Position numbers and translations under genes: made by a program
Notes under the pieces: model-generated
Told to the model about the DNA's origin: nothing
Seen by the model: the letters and a program-made list of their open reading frames with translations, nothing else
Databases searched by the model: none
NCBI GenBank assembly: GCA_905479265.1
Contig: CAJQLX010000020.1
Coordinates: 11,906-75,905, forward strand
Direction of reading: 5' to 3'
DNA length: 64,000 bases
Source: an uncultured Alphaproteobacteria bacterium
Lineage (GTDB): Bacteria > Pseudomonadota > Alphaproteobacteria > UBA7985
Shown here: in pieces, positions 8,502-17,936 of the stretch
Layout of the letters: each line of letters opens with the position of its first letter
Position numbering within the stretch: the stretch's first letter is position 1

Positions 8502-10571
8502 ATGAGAACGACTTTCCGCGCCCTTGTTGGCTTTGTTGTATTGTTACTGGTGACAATCGGACTTGGTTTCGGTGGTTTCCAGATGGTTAAAGGCCGAATG
8601 GATGCCAATAAGTCGTCGGGTGGTCGCGGTGGCGGGTTCTTTGGCGCGCAGGAGCCGACCTATACCGTTGATCTGCTGGCCTTTGAACGGGCGGACTACA
8701 CGCCAACCATCACAGGCTTTGGCTCGATCACCGCAGGGCGAACGGCGGACTTGCGGCCCTTGGTTTCGGGCTTGCTGGCGTCCACCAACGAACGGCTGGT
8801 TGACGGCGCGCTGGTTCGCCAGGGCACCTCGGTGTTCACAATAGACCCCTTTGATTACGACATCGCGGTCAAGGACGCGTCCATCGCTTTGCGGGATGCG
8901 GAGGCGAAGTTGGTGACGGCGCAGTCTGATCTGGCCGTTGAGCAAGCGGCGCTGAAGCTGGCGCAGGATCAACTGGCGCTGGCCGAAGCCGACCTTGTGC
9001 GGCAGCAAAATTTACGGCGCGAGGGCATCATTTCCGCCGCCGCGCTGGGCAACGCGGAGAACGCGACACTGTCCACCCGAGCCAGCGTTGATACTCGCGC
9101 GGCTGTCGTGGCGCGGGCTGAGGCGGCTATTCCCACCGCAGCCTTGGCCGTGGAGCGCGCAGCGTTGTCGCTGGAACGGGCGGAACGGGATTTGAGCAAT
9201 GCGAACGTGACGGCGCCGTTCAGCGGTGTGGTTCAAGACGTGAGCTTTGCGCTGGGGCGGCAGGTTTCAAGCAACGATGTCCTTGCGCGCCTGGTGGATT
9301 TGCAGCAATTGGAGCTGAAATTCCAACTCTCAGACGAGCAGCTGGGCGCGCTGATCGGTATTGGCGGCAATCGACGTGCCTTGCGCGGGCTGCCGGTCTC
9401 GTTGGTATGGGACGTGGGCAGTCAGCGTTTGGTGTACAAGGCAGAAATTGACCGCACAGCCGTCGCGATTTCGGAAAATCAGGGCGGCATCGACGTCTTT
9501 GCTCGCCTGAGCGATATCAACCCGTTGAACATCCCGCCTGTGGGCGCGTTCATGTCCTACAGCTTCCCTGAGCCGACCATCAAGGGCGCGTTCGCCGTTC
9601 CTGCGTTGGCCGTGAGTCCGACCGGGGAAATGATGGCGGTGACGGACGACAAGCGCATCACGACCTTTGACGTCACCATCGAGCGGCGCGTGGGCGATTT
9701 GACGATTGTCAGCGGTGATGCGGTCAAGGAAGGCGAAACCTATGTTGCGCGGCGGTTTATTCAGTTGGGCGAAGGTTCAAAAGTGAACCCCAACCGTCCG
9801 GATGTGCCAGACGATGGCGGTATGGACGCTGCGAGCGCGGGTTCGCCCGGTGGTTTCCCGACCGAAGGGCCGGTTAAGCTGACCGAAGAGCAGATTACGT
9901 GTCTGGTGGATCTGGTCGAAAATTCTGACATGGCCGCAACGCCCAAGGGCTTTATCATTCCGGCGATTGAGTCCGGCACCCTGACCGATCCGGGCCGAAT
10001 GGCGGGCTTGAAAGAGCGCGCTGGGCTGGATCTGGATGGTTGCTTCCCTGCGACTGAACCGGTGACTGACCCGGCGAAGGCGGAACCGGTCGCGGAAATG
10101 AAAGCGGGCGGGTTCCCGACTGAAGGTCCGGTGAAGCTGACCGAAGGGCAGATTACGTGCTTGGTTGATATGGTCGAGAACTCCGACCTGCCCGCGACAC
10201 CAAAGGGCTTCATCATTCCAGCGATTGAGACCGGCACGATTGCGGATCCGGGCCGAATGGCCGGGCTGAAAGAGCGTGCGGGGTTGGATCTGGACAGTTG
10301 CTTCCCAGCCGAAGAAATGGCGATTGTGGCCGAGCCTGCGGTTGAAGAACAGCCCGGAGGCTTCCCCATGGAAGGGCCGGTTAAGCTGACCGAAGAGCAG
10401 ATTACGTGCTTGGTTGATATGGTCGAGAACTCTGACCTGCCCGCGACACCAAAGGGCTTCATCATTCCAGCGATTGAGACCGGTACGATTGCGGATCCGA
10501 GCCGGATGGCGGGCTTGAAGGAGCGGGCGGGGCTTGACCTCGACAGCTGCTTCCCCGGTTCCAAGGCATAG
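8502..10571 (+). CDS. Efflux RND transporter periplasmic adaptor subunit (membrane fusion protein) with three tandem C-terminal Cys-containing repeat domains
   Basis: N-terminal TM anchor, then coiled-coil, lipoyl and beta-barrel-like segments typical of HlyD/AcrA-family adaptors. Immediately upstream of the RND permease, with a 24-bp gap. The C-terminal 240 aa are three ~83-aa repeats. Confidence 0.8.
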   Translation: MRTTFRALVGFVVLLLVTIGLGFGGFQMVKGRMDANKSSGGRGGGFFGAQEPTYTVDLLAFERADYTPTITGFGSITAGRTADLRPLVSGLLASTNERLVDGALVRQGTSVFTIDPFDYDIAVKDASIALRDAEAKLVTAQSDLAVEQAALKLAQDQLALAEADLVRQQNLRREGIISAAALGNAENATLSTRASVDTRAAVVARAEAAIPTAALAVERAALSLERAERDLSNANVTAPFSGVVQDVSFALGRQVSSNDVLARLVDLQQLELKFQLSDEQLGALIGIGGNRRALRGLPVSLVWDVGSQRLVYKAEIDRTAVAISENQGGIDVFARLSDINPLNIPPVGAFMSYSFPEPTIKGAFAVPALAVSPTGEMMAVTDDKRITTFDVTIERRVGDLTIVSGDAVKEGETYVARRFIQLGEGSKVNPNRPDVPDDGGMDAASAGSPGGFPTEGPVKLTEEQITCLVDLVENSDMAATPKGFIIPAIESGTLTDPGRMAGLKERAGLDLDGCFPATEPVTDPAKAEPVAEMKAGGFPTEGPVKLTEGQITCLVDMVENSDLPATPKGFIIPAIETGTIADPGRMAGLKERAGLDLDSCFPAEEMAIVAEPAVEEQPGGFPMEGPVKLTEEQITCLVDMVENSDLPATPKGFIIPAIETGTIADPSRMAGLKERAGLDLDSCFPGSKA
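9849..10571 (+). repeat. Three tandem ~250-nt in-frame repeats inside the adaptor gene (about 9849-10104, 10105-10353, 10354-10571)
   Basis: Protein unit: GGFPxEGPVKLTEEQITCLVDxVENSDxxATPKGFIIPAIExGTxxDPxRMAGLKERAGLDLDxCFP. Units 2 and 3 are nearly identical at the nucleotide level, and unit 1 is slightly diverged. Each unit has two Cys. Confidence 0.85.
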
Positions 10572-10595
10572 ATAGATAGGTAAGGAGCGAGACCC

Positions 10596-13500
10596 ATGGC
10601 TTTACCAACTTACCGTCCCGATCGTCCCGACGACCTGACCGGTGTTTCCGGCGATACCGGCCTTTTCGCCGTATTCGCCAAACACGGTACGGCGGCGAAT
10701 ATTCTGATGATGCTGATGATCGCAGCGGGCATTTATGCCTTTTTCAACCTGCGGACACAGTTCTTCCCTGACTTCGTGCAGGACCGCATTACCGTGCGGG
10801 TCAACTGGACTGACGCGCCAGCGGGTTCGGTGGATGAGGGGATTGTGCAGCTGTTGGAACCCGAATTGCGGTTCCTTGAAGACGTGGAATCTGTCTTTGC
10901 GTCAGCAGCCGATGGCGGCGCGACGATTTCGCTGCTGTTCGATGTTGGGACCAACATGGAGCGGGCGAAGAGTGATGTTCAGTCGGCTGTTGATGCCGTT
11001 GAAAGCAGCCTGCCTGAAGATGCGGGCGATGCTTCAGTCCGGGTTTCTGCGTTCCGTGATCCGGTGTCGTCGATCCTGATCAGCGGGCCTTTGGACGAAA
11101 AAGGGCTAAAGGTGATTGCGCAGCGGATGCGGGATGACCTGCTGGGGCTTGGGCTGCTGGAAGTGAATATTCAGGGCGCGCGGGATCCGCAGATTGAGGT
11201 CGAAGTTGACGAAGTGGCCTTGCGGCGGCTGGGGCTGACCCCGGCGGATGTCTCTAGCGCCATTGCGCGGCGTGCGCAGGATTTGCCAGCGGGGACGCTG
11301 GGCGGCGAACAAGCGGTTCGCACCCTGGGCACAGAAGCGACCGCTGATTCCGTTGCCAGTGCGCAAATTCGGGCGCAGGGGGATGGCACCATCATTCGCG
11401 TATCCGACGTGGCGCGGGTTCGGGAAATCGTGCCGAATACCGGACGCACCATCTATTACCAAGGCCAACCCGCGCTATCGTTAGACATTCGACGCGGCGC
11501 TGATGGGGATTCGATCCGTCAGCAGCAGGTTATTCAGGATTACATCGATGAAATAGCCCCGACCCTGCCAGCCAATGTCACGGTCACAAACTACAACGTC
11601 TTTGCCGATCTGATCCTTGGCCGCGTGCTGCTGCTGCGGGATAACGCGGTGTTTGGCGTGCTGATTGTCCTGGTGTTCTTGTTCCTGTTCCTGAACGTGC
11701 GCACGGCGTTGTGGATTGCCGTGGGCATTCCGGTTTCCATCGCGGCGACACTGGGCGTCATGCTGATGCTGGGTCTGTCAATCAACATGCTGACGCTGTT
11801 TGCGCTGATCCTATCACTGGGGATTATCGTTGATGATGCCATTGTGGTGGGGGAGTACGCCGATTTTCTGCATGAGCAGGGCTATACGCCGTCGCAAGCG
11901 GCCATTATCGGCGCGCAGCGGATGGTTGGACCGGTCTCGGCCGCAGCGGCGACGACGGTTTTGGCCTTTGGCGTGCTGTATTTCTTGCCCGGGCGGTTTG
12001 GTAACTTCACCCAAGATATTGCCGTGACGGTGGTCGCGGTGCTGATTGCCTCGCTGATCGAGTGTTTCTTTGTTCTGCCCGGTCACATGTACCACGCGCT
12101 CAAAGCGCGACAGCGAGGGGAGCGGCGGTTGCGGTCTGGCAATGGGCATCCGACGCCATTTCACGCCGGGATTTCTGCGTTCCGCAAAAACTTTGATGCC
12201 GGTTTTGAGTACGTGCGCACCAAGCCGTTCCGCCGGATTGTGGCGTTCTCGGTCTGGGCGCGCTATCCGCTGCTGACCTTGGTTGCGGTGATCTTTGCCT
12301 ATTCCATCGCCATGGTGATGACGGGCGAGCCGCGCTGGTCGTTCTTTATTCGGCCTGAGAACAATACGGTGAACGTCAACTTAACAATGGTCGAAGGGGC
12401 CACGCGGGCGGACACGCTGGAGCAGATGCAGATGGCTGAAGCCTATGTCCCGGAGCTGATTGCCGACGCGCGGGATAGTGGGTTGGCGACGCTCAAGCGC
12501 AGTCAGAAATCAGCGCTGGAGGGGTCGTGGTATTCCATTCCCAAGCGAGCGTATGACCGCGCCGCCTTGCAGGTCAAAATCGATCAACTCGAAGACCGCA
12601 TTGCCAATGTTCCCCCCGAAGACGACATCACGGTGATGTTCAGCCAAGTCGGTGCACGGGGTGGACGCAGCTTTGGTGGGACAGGAAACACCAACACGGA
12701 TCCTGATCTGCTGGGCAACATGCGGGTTGAGCTGGTCGAACAGGACACGCGGATTTACTCCACGCGCAACCTGTTCGTCGGCTTGTCTGGGATTCCGAAG
12801 CACCCGAAACTCGAAGGCATTGCGTCCCGGCGGTCGTTCAGCGGTGGCGACACGGGCGCACTGTCGATCGCGTTAGTCGGGGGTGAGACCGAGCAGCTCA
12901 AGGCAGCATCCTTGCAGCTGACGTCCTTCCTCAACGGCATCGGCGGGGTTTCTGAGGCTGAAGACGACACCCCCTATGGCACCACACAGTTGGTGGCGCG
13001 CGTCTCGGACCGAGGGGCGGCGCTGGGCTTTGATGCGGGCAGTGTGGGGCAGCAGTTGCGCTCTTGGCTGTCGGGATCCACGGCGGTCAATCTGATCCGC
13101 GATGACGGAGAAATATCGGTCGAGGTCAAGATCAACGAAGCCGCGCAAACGGCGAATTTCCTCGCTGGGCTGGACCTCTATACCCCCACAGGTGCGGCGG
13201 TGAAGCTGAGCCAGGTGGTCGATTTTACCGAAGTGGCCGGCTTTTCGCTGATCCAATCACGCGACGGATCGCGGCGGATTACGGTGCAGGCTGAGCTGGA
13301 TGAAGACGCGGGCAACGTCGGCGATGTCGAAGCGCGCTTGCGCGATATCGGTGCGCTGGGGCTGTTGGAAAGTGACTATGGCGTGTCGGTTCGGTTTGAG
13401 GGCGAGTCAGAGGAGCAGAGCGAGTTCTTTGTTGCCTTTACCCAAGTGCTGCTGATCGCCATCGCGTTGATTTATCTGGTGCTGGCGTGGGTGTTCCAGT

Positions 13501-14045
13501 CGTTCTTCCGGCCTTTGGTGGTGATGTCGATCATCCCGCTGGGCTTTGTGGGCATGGTGCTGGGGCATTTGGTCCACGGGCAGGTGCTGTCGTTCCTGTC
13601 GCTGATTGGCTTTGTCGGGCTGACGGGGATTATCGTCAATGACAGCATCGTGCTGATTGGAACCATCGAACGGCGGGCCAAAGTGCAGTCTGTCCGCTCG
13701 GCGATTTTGGATGGCGCGGCAGACCGGTTGAGGCCGGTGCTGCTGACCTCGCTGACCACCATTGGCGGTCTGACACCGCTGATCTTCGAAACGTCGGTTC
13801 AGGCGCAATTCCTGATCCCGCCGTCGCTGACCATTGTTTATGGTTTGGGGCTGGGGACGGTGGTGGTGCTGATCCTCGCGCCGGCGCTGTTTGCGGTGCA
13901 GCATGACATTGTGGGCGTGCTGCGCTCTGCGGGTGTTATGTCGGGCACGTGGCTGGGACGACGACGGCCTCAATTCGCGCGACCGGTTGCCGCTGAACCC
14001 GCATCTTTGGCCGGGCAAGCGTCGGATGAAGCGGTGGCGTCTTAG
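10596..14045 (+). CDS. Efflux RND transporter permease subunit (AcrB/AcrD/AcrF family)
   Basis: 1149 aa. Two blocks of hydrophobic helices flank large periplasmic loops. Conserved RND TM4-like motif …LSLGIIVDDAIVV… and a second …GIIVNDSIVLI… The length and architecture match HAE1-type permeases. Confidence 0.9.
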   Translation: MALPTYRPDRPDDLTGVSGDTGLFAVFAKHGTAANILMMLMIAAGIYAFFNLRTQFFPDFVQDRITVRVNWTDAPAGSVDEGIVQLLEPELRFLEDVESVFASAADGGATISLLFDVGTNMERAKSDVQSAVDAVESSLPEDAGDASVRVSAFRDPVSSILISGPLDEKGLKVIAQRMRDDLLGLGLLEVNIQGARDPQIEVEVDEVALRRLGLTPADVSSAIARRAQDLPAGTLGGEQAVRTLGTEATADSVASAQIRAQGDGTIIRVSDVARVREIVPNTGRTIYYQGQPALSLDIRRGADGDSIRQQQVIQDYIDEIAPTLPANVTVTNYNVFADLILGRVLLLRDNAVFGVLIVLVFLFLFLNVRTALWIAVGIPVSIAATLGVMLMLGLSINMLTLFALILSLGIIVDDAIVVGEYADFLHEQGYTPSQAAIIGAQRMVGPVSAAAATTVLAFGVLYFLPGRFGNFTQDIAVTVVAVLIASLIECFFVLPGHMYHALKARQRGERRLRSGNGHPTPFHAGISAFRKNFDAGFEYVRTKPFRRIVAFSVWARYPLLTLVAVIFAYSIAMVMTGEPRWSFFIRPENNTVNVNLTMVEGATRADTLEQMQMAEAYVPELIADARDSGLATLKRSQKSALEGSWYSIPKRAYDRAALQVKIDQLEDRIANVPPEDDITVMFSQVGARGGRSFGGTGNTNTDPDLLGNMRVELVEQDTRIYSTRNLFVGLSGIPKHPKLEGIASRRSFSGGDTGALSIALVGGETEQLKAASLQLTSFLNGIGGVSEAEDDTPYGTTQLVARVSDRGAALGFDAGSVGQQLRSWLSGSTAVNLIRDDGEISVEVKINEAAQTANFLAGLDLYTPTGAAVKLSQVVDFTEVAGFSLIQSRDGSRRITVQAELDEDAGNVGDVEARLRDIGALGLLESDYGVSVRFEGESEEQSEFFVAFTQVLLIAIALIYLVLAWVFQSFFRPLVVMSIIPLGFVGMVLGHLVHGQVLSFLSLIGFVGLTGIIVNDSIVLIGTIERRAKVQSVRSAILDGAADRLRPVLLTSLTTIGGLTPLIFETSVQAQFLIPPSLTIVYGLGLGTVVVLILAPALFAVQHDIVGVLRSAGVMSGTWLGRRRPQFARPVAAEPASLAGQASDEAVAS

Positions 14046-14181
14046 GGCGGCGCATTGCTGGTGGCCGGAACACTTTGGTTATGACCACGGCGGCGGTATG
14101 GTGCTAGAAGCCAGCCTATCGCGGTGCTGAAAATCGGCACCTGATTGTTCCTGTTGTTGCCGTTCGGAAAGTGCTTCGTCC

Positions 14182-15060
14182 ATGTTCGACCCTCGCCGTC
14201 ATGCTGTCCGCCCTGATCTTGCCGATAGCCGTTTGGCTGATTTGTTGCCCGAGGATCACCCGGTCGTCGATGGCGCGCTGGAGCAGGTGATTGCGCCCGT
14301 GGTGCCGATCTTTGCGCATCCAAGCGGCACGGCGGAGCGGGCGTCGGAAGCACTGCTGGGTGAGCGGGTGATGGTGTTTGAGGACCGGGATGGGTTCTCG
14401 TGGTGCCAGCTGGAGACCGATGGTTACGTTGGTTACATCCCCACCGCTGCGCTCAGTCCTGATGTCGCGGAGCCTACGCACCGGGTAAGCGCGGTGCGGA
14501 CGTTTGTCTACAGCGATCCAGATTTCAAATCGGTGGTGTCCGCGGCGCTGTTCATGGGCTCGGACGTGGTGGTTTCGGCGACGGACCCCGATGGGTTCTG
14601 CCAGATTGGTGAGCGGGAATGGGTGTTTTCAGGCCATGTGAGCCCTGTGGCTGCGGTGTCAGAAACCGACCCTATGGCTGTTGCTGAACAGTTCCTGCAC
14701 TCGCCCTATCTGTGGGGTGGGCGGTCGTCGCTGGGGCTGGATTCCGCGGCGTTGGTGCAGCGGGCGTTTGCGGCGTGCGGGCGATCTTTGCCGCGTGACA
14801 GTGACCTGCAGGAAAGCGAGCCGGCGGATTGGCTGGATGATCACGATGGCGCGGCGTGGGCGCAGGCGCTGCCGGGCGATCTGCTGTTCTGGCCTGATCA
14901 CGTGGCGCTGGTGTCGGCGCCGGAGACGCTGATCCATGCCAGTGTGCATGCGATGGCGGTGGTGCAGGAGCCTGTGGCGCAAGCGGTCGCGCGGATCGAA
15001 GCTACGGGGATTGGGGCGCCGCGTTTGATTCGTCGGCCAACAGTCCTCAGGGAGTCTTGA
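14182..15060 (+). CDS. NlpC/P60 (C40 peptidase)-like protein with N-terminal SH3b-like region; catalytic Cys apparently replaced by Ser
   Basis: YLWGGRSSLGLDSAALV aligns with the NlpC/P60 signature Y.WGG…G.DCSG.V, but carries Ser-Ala where Cys-Ser is expected. The downstream His (PDHVALV) is retained. Confidence 0.65.
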   Translation: MFDPRRHAVRPDLADSRLADLLPEDHPVVDGALEQVIAPVVPIFAHPSGTAERASEALLGERVMVFEDRDGFSWCQLETDGYVGYIPTAALSPDVAEPTHRVSAVRTFVYSDPDFKSVVSAALFMGSDVVVSATDPDGFCQIGEREWVFSGHVSPVAAVSETDPMAVAEQFLHSPYLWGGRSSLGLDSAALVQRAFAACGRSLPRDSDLQESEPADWLDDHDGAAWAQALPGDLLFWPDHVALVSAPETLIHASVHAMAVVQEPVAQAVARIEATGIGAPRLIRRPTVLRES

Positions 15061-15067
15061 CCAAACG

Positions 15068-15104
15068 GAAAAGGCTCCGTTCCGGAGCCTTTGCGCTTTT
15101 ATTC
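15068..15104. terminator. Bidirectional rho-independent terminator
   Basis: AAAAGGCTCCGTTCCGGAGCCTTTGCGCTTTTATT: perfect 7-bp inverted repeat GGCTCCG/CGGAGCC flanked by an A-tract and T-tract. It lies between the convergent NlpC/P60-like gene and ttcA. Confidence 0.75.
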
Positions 15105-15134
15105 GATCTTTGTGGGATGGAAGCCTTGGCGCGC

Positions 15135-16091
15135 TCAGTCGAAGGAGAACAGCGCCCGCGTCGAAGAAAAGTGCTCGAAGGTTGATCCCGGCGTGTCCTC
15201 GGCGGTGTCTGCCGCTGCTGTCCGCTGTGCGTCGAGACCGCCAAAGTCAAACAGCGCCGCATCCGCCAGCTGTGAGGGCCGAATGTCCTGCGTGGCGTGG
15301 AAAATCGCATCCAGCCGACCCGGGTGCAGCCGTTCCCACCCTTGGAGCATTTCCTTGATCACCGCGCGCTGGGCCTGTGGCTGCGTGCCACAGAGCGTGC
15401 AGGGTATGATCGGGTACGCCATCGCGCGGGCAAAGCGCGCAATATCGGCCTCGGCGCAGTACGCCAAGGGCCGGATCACCACATGCCGGGAATCGTTGGT
15501 CAGCAGCTTGGGCGGCATGCCTTTGAGCTTGGCGGCGTGGAAGAGGTTGAGGAACAGCGTTTCCACCATATCGTCCCGGTGGTGCCCCAGTGCGATTTTT
15601 GTCGCGCCAAGCTCTGCGGCCGTGCGGTAAATCACCCCGCGCCGCAAGCGCGAACACAGCGAACACGCCACGCGGTCGGCGGGCACTTTCTCCTGAACGA
15701 TCGAATAGGTGTCAGCCTCGATAATCCGGTAGTCCACACCAATGCCATCGAGGTAACCGGGCAAGACGTGCTCGGGGAAGCCCGGCTGCTTCTGGTCGAG
15801 GTTCATGGCGATGATCTCAAACGACACCGGCGCGCGGCGCTGCAGCTCGGTCAGCAGGGTCAGCAGCGTGTAGGAATCCTTGCCACCGGACAGGCACACC
15901 ATGATCCGGTCGCCGTCTTGGATCATCGAATAGTCGGCAATCGCCTTACCCATTTCGCGCGCCAAACGGCGGTGCAGGCGCTTGAAGTTGGTGCTGTCAC
16001 GGGACATGCGCGGCTGCTCGTCGGCGGCAGTTTCGCCCGCGTCCGGCTGTGCATCATCCAGCGGTGCAGTGTTGGCAGTTTCTAGATCCAT
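15135..16091 (-). CDS. ttcA: tRNA 2-thiocytidine(32) synthetase
   Basis: PP-loop SGGKDS (…[13 protein letters not shown]…) plus the CxxC pairs (CSLCSRL, CTLCGT) that define the TtcA family. Confidence 0.9.
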   Translation of the reverse strand: MDLETANTAPLDDAQPDAGETAADEQPRMSRDSTNFKRLHRRLAREMGKAIADYSMIQDGDRIMVCLSGGKDSYTLLTLLTELQRRAPVSFEIIAMNLDQKQPGFPEHVLPGYLDGIGVDYRIIEADTYSIVQEKVPADRVACSLCSRLRRGVIYRTAAELGATKIALGHHRDDMVETLFLNLFHAAKLKGMPPKLLTNDSRHVVIRPLAYCAEADIARFARAMAYPIIPCTLCGTQPQAQRAVIKEMLQGWERLHPGRLDAIFHATQDIRPSQLADAALFDFGGLDAQRTAAADTAEDTPGSTFEHFSSTRALFSFD

Positions 16092-16366
16092 GATGGCTCT
16101 TTACCCCAGCCTGACGCCAAAGGGTAGGGGCTGTCCCCGCCGGGTGCGCTACGGCAAACGCATTTCGCTGCTTTGGTGCGTATGGATGGATGGATGGGCG
16201 TGCGCGGGTGCGGCGTCCGCACAGACGAGGGCCTGCACCGTTTCGGGCGATGGCAAGGTCCGCAGGGAAAACCCTGCAAGGTCCAAGGGGACAGGGATGC
16301 AACCGGGGACAAACGCTGTTGTCGCTTTTCGGGTCTTAGCAAAGGAAGAGGAAGGGGGGTCAGGAA

Positions 16367-16442
16367 TGGTGGGCGATGACAGGCTCGAACTGCCGACCCT
16401 CTCGGTGTAAACGAGATGCTCTACCAACTGAGCTAATCGCCC
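16367..16442 (-). tRNA. tRNA-Val (anticodon TAC), CCA encoded
   Basis: Reverse complement reads GGGCGATTAGCTCAGTTGGTAGAGCATCTCGTTTACACCGAGAGGGTCGGCAGTTCGAGCCTGTCATCGCCCACCA. It has the 7-bp acceptor stem, D-loop AGCTCAGTTGGTAGAGC, anticodon loop TTTACAC, T-arm GGTTCGAGCC, and discriminator A followed by CCA. Confidence 0.9.
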
Positions 16443-16624
16443 ACTCCTGAAAGAACGCAACGCGAGGCGCTGTGTTCGTGGTGAAAGCGGTATTACTCCG
16501 CGCGGCCGTGCTCGTAAAGTCGAAAGTCACGTCCGAAGGGTGGACTTGCTATGCATCAGGATCGCGTTCCCGGCATGGCGGCTTTTTCATCAAAATGGCA
16601 CGCGCAGACAGCCGCTGGATGCAC

Positions 16625-16668
16625 CAGGAAACGAGAAGAGCCCCGACGCTCGCAAAGGGAGGTCGGGG
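16625..16668 (-). terminator. Probable terminator of the SH3b-protein gene
   Basis: Hairpin GCCCCGAC-(14 nt)-GTCGGGGC. In the minus sense it is followed by a T-rich run (TCTTCTCGTTTCC). Confidence 0.4.
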
Positions 16669-16724
16669 CCGCGTCATTTCCGTCATCCAGAGGCGGAGTC
16701 TGTGCGTAGAGGGTTACGCCTGAC

Positions 16725-17585
16725 TTAGTTGCCCATCGCCTGTGCCAGCAAAATTGGCAGCAGTTGCTTGATGATGTCAGAGTTGTCCGCTGCTGCTGGG
16801 ATCGCAGCGTTGGCCGCAGCAGCCTTTGCGGCGGCTTCCTCGGCTTCTTTAGCCAGCTCAGCGCGGAGTTTCTCTTCGATTTCCGCTTCCAAGTCGGCGC
16901 GCTTCTGCGTTTCGTTGGCTTCGGTGATCAGCGAGTCGCCGACCAGAGACGAGCGCAAGATTTCCTGCATGATGTTTTTGACGAGCTTGGAGTGGTTGGC
17001 CAAACGGTCGAGTTCGCGCTTGCGCTGGGATGCGGCGGCGAATTCGGTGTCGAGAACATCAATGGTGCCAATCAGGGATGTAAGCTGATTGGTCAGACCC
17101 GACTCAGACAGCGGTGCCTGAGCGTAATCCGGGGATGGTGCAAGGGCATCAACCATAGAGACAGGGGCAGCTGGTGGTGCCACGGGCGCTACTGCGACGG
17201 GAGCTGCCGCGACGGGCGCAGCTGCGACGGGTGCAGGCGCTGGCGCTGGAGCAGGTGCCGGTGCTGGGGCAGCAGCAACGGAACACGTCAGAAACCGCTG
17301 TGAAGAGTATCCGACAAAGGTTGGGTTGTATGAGTCGTAAATCTCGCACCAGCCAGACTGACACGCGCGGGCATCAACGACATTACCGCGCGGCAAGGTC
17401 GCAACGATGGTGCCGTACAGCGCCGGGGTATCGCGGACGTTCAGGGCTTGCGCGGTGGTGGTCACTTGGTCGCGACAGGACGCAAATGGGTCGCCATAGC
17501 TTTGCGCGGATGCGACGCCGGCGCTTCCAGCTAGCAGTGCGGCAGCGGCCGCAAATGAAAAGACACGGTTCAAAACCAATTTCAT
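16725..17585 (-). CDS. Secreted SH3b-domain protein with Ala-Pro repeat linker and C-terminal coiled-coil (hypothetical)
   Basis: Signal peptide MKLVLNRVFSFAAAAALLAGSAGVASA. SH3b-like segment (LNVRDTPALYGTIVATLPRGNVVDARACQSGWCEIYD). (AP)7 plus AAAPVA repeats. Charged heptad region EAEIEEKLRAELAKEAEEAAAKA. Confidence 0.6.
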   Translation of the reverse strand: MKLVLNRVFSFAAAAALLAGSAGVASAQSYGDPFASCRDQVTTTAQALNVRDTPALYGTIVATLPRGNVVDARACQSGWCEIYDSYNPTFVGYSSQRFLTCSVAAAPAPAPAPAPAPAPVAAAPVAAAPVAVAPVAPPAAPVSMVDALAPSPDYAQAPLSESGLTNQLTSLIGTIDVLDTEFAAASQRKRELDRLANHSKLVKNIMQEILRSSLVGDSLITEANETQKRADLEAEIEEKLRAELAKEAEEAAAKAAAANAAIPAAADNSDIIKQLLPILLAQAMGN

Positions 17586-17936
17586 GGTTAGACTCCTAAA
17601 TGAGGACGAGGCGTATGATTAAAAATTGAAATTACGCACGTATGCTTTTTCGCCAATTGGCCGCTCGGAAAAATCCCCCCTTGGGGTGAAAGGCTGCTTT
17701 TCCTCCCATAATAAAAAAACACTTGCAAATATCTTCAGTATAGCTCGCATAAGTGTTAATTTGCTGCGAAATGCAGTGATCCTTGGCTCTGTGGTCCCGT
17801 GCCACGGCGGATTTGGGTCGCATATTGTGCTTTTGCGGGCCGCGACGGTTCTACGAATCCGGTTTATGGGCGGACTTTGGCCCCAAGGATAAAGCACGCT
17901 ACCCATGGCTTTTAGCGGCCTTGGGCCAACTGATGG

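Noticed and set aside
9761-10597. 278-aa minus-strand ORF that also shows a threefold internal repeat.
   Set aside because: It is the antisense image of the adaptor's triplicated C-terminal repeat. The plus-strand frame is continuous with a bona fide RND adaptor and is immediately followed by the permease.
17626-17892. 88-aa ORF inside the AT-rich LuxR upstream region.
   Set aside because: Low-complexity translation and atypical composition. It spans what looks like a promoter or operator region, so it is more likely non-coding.
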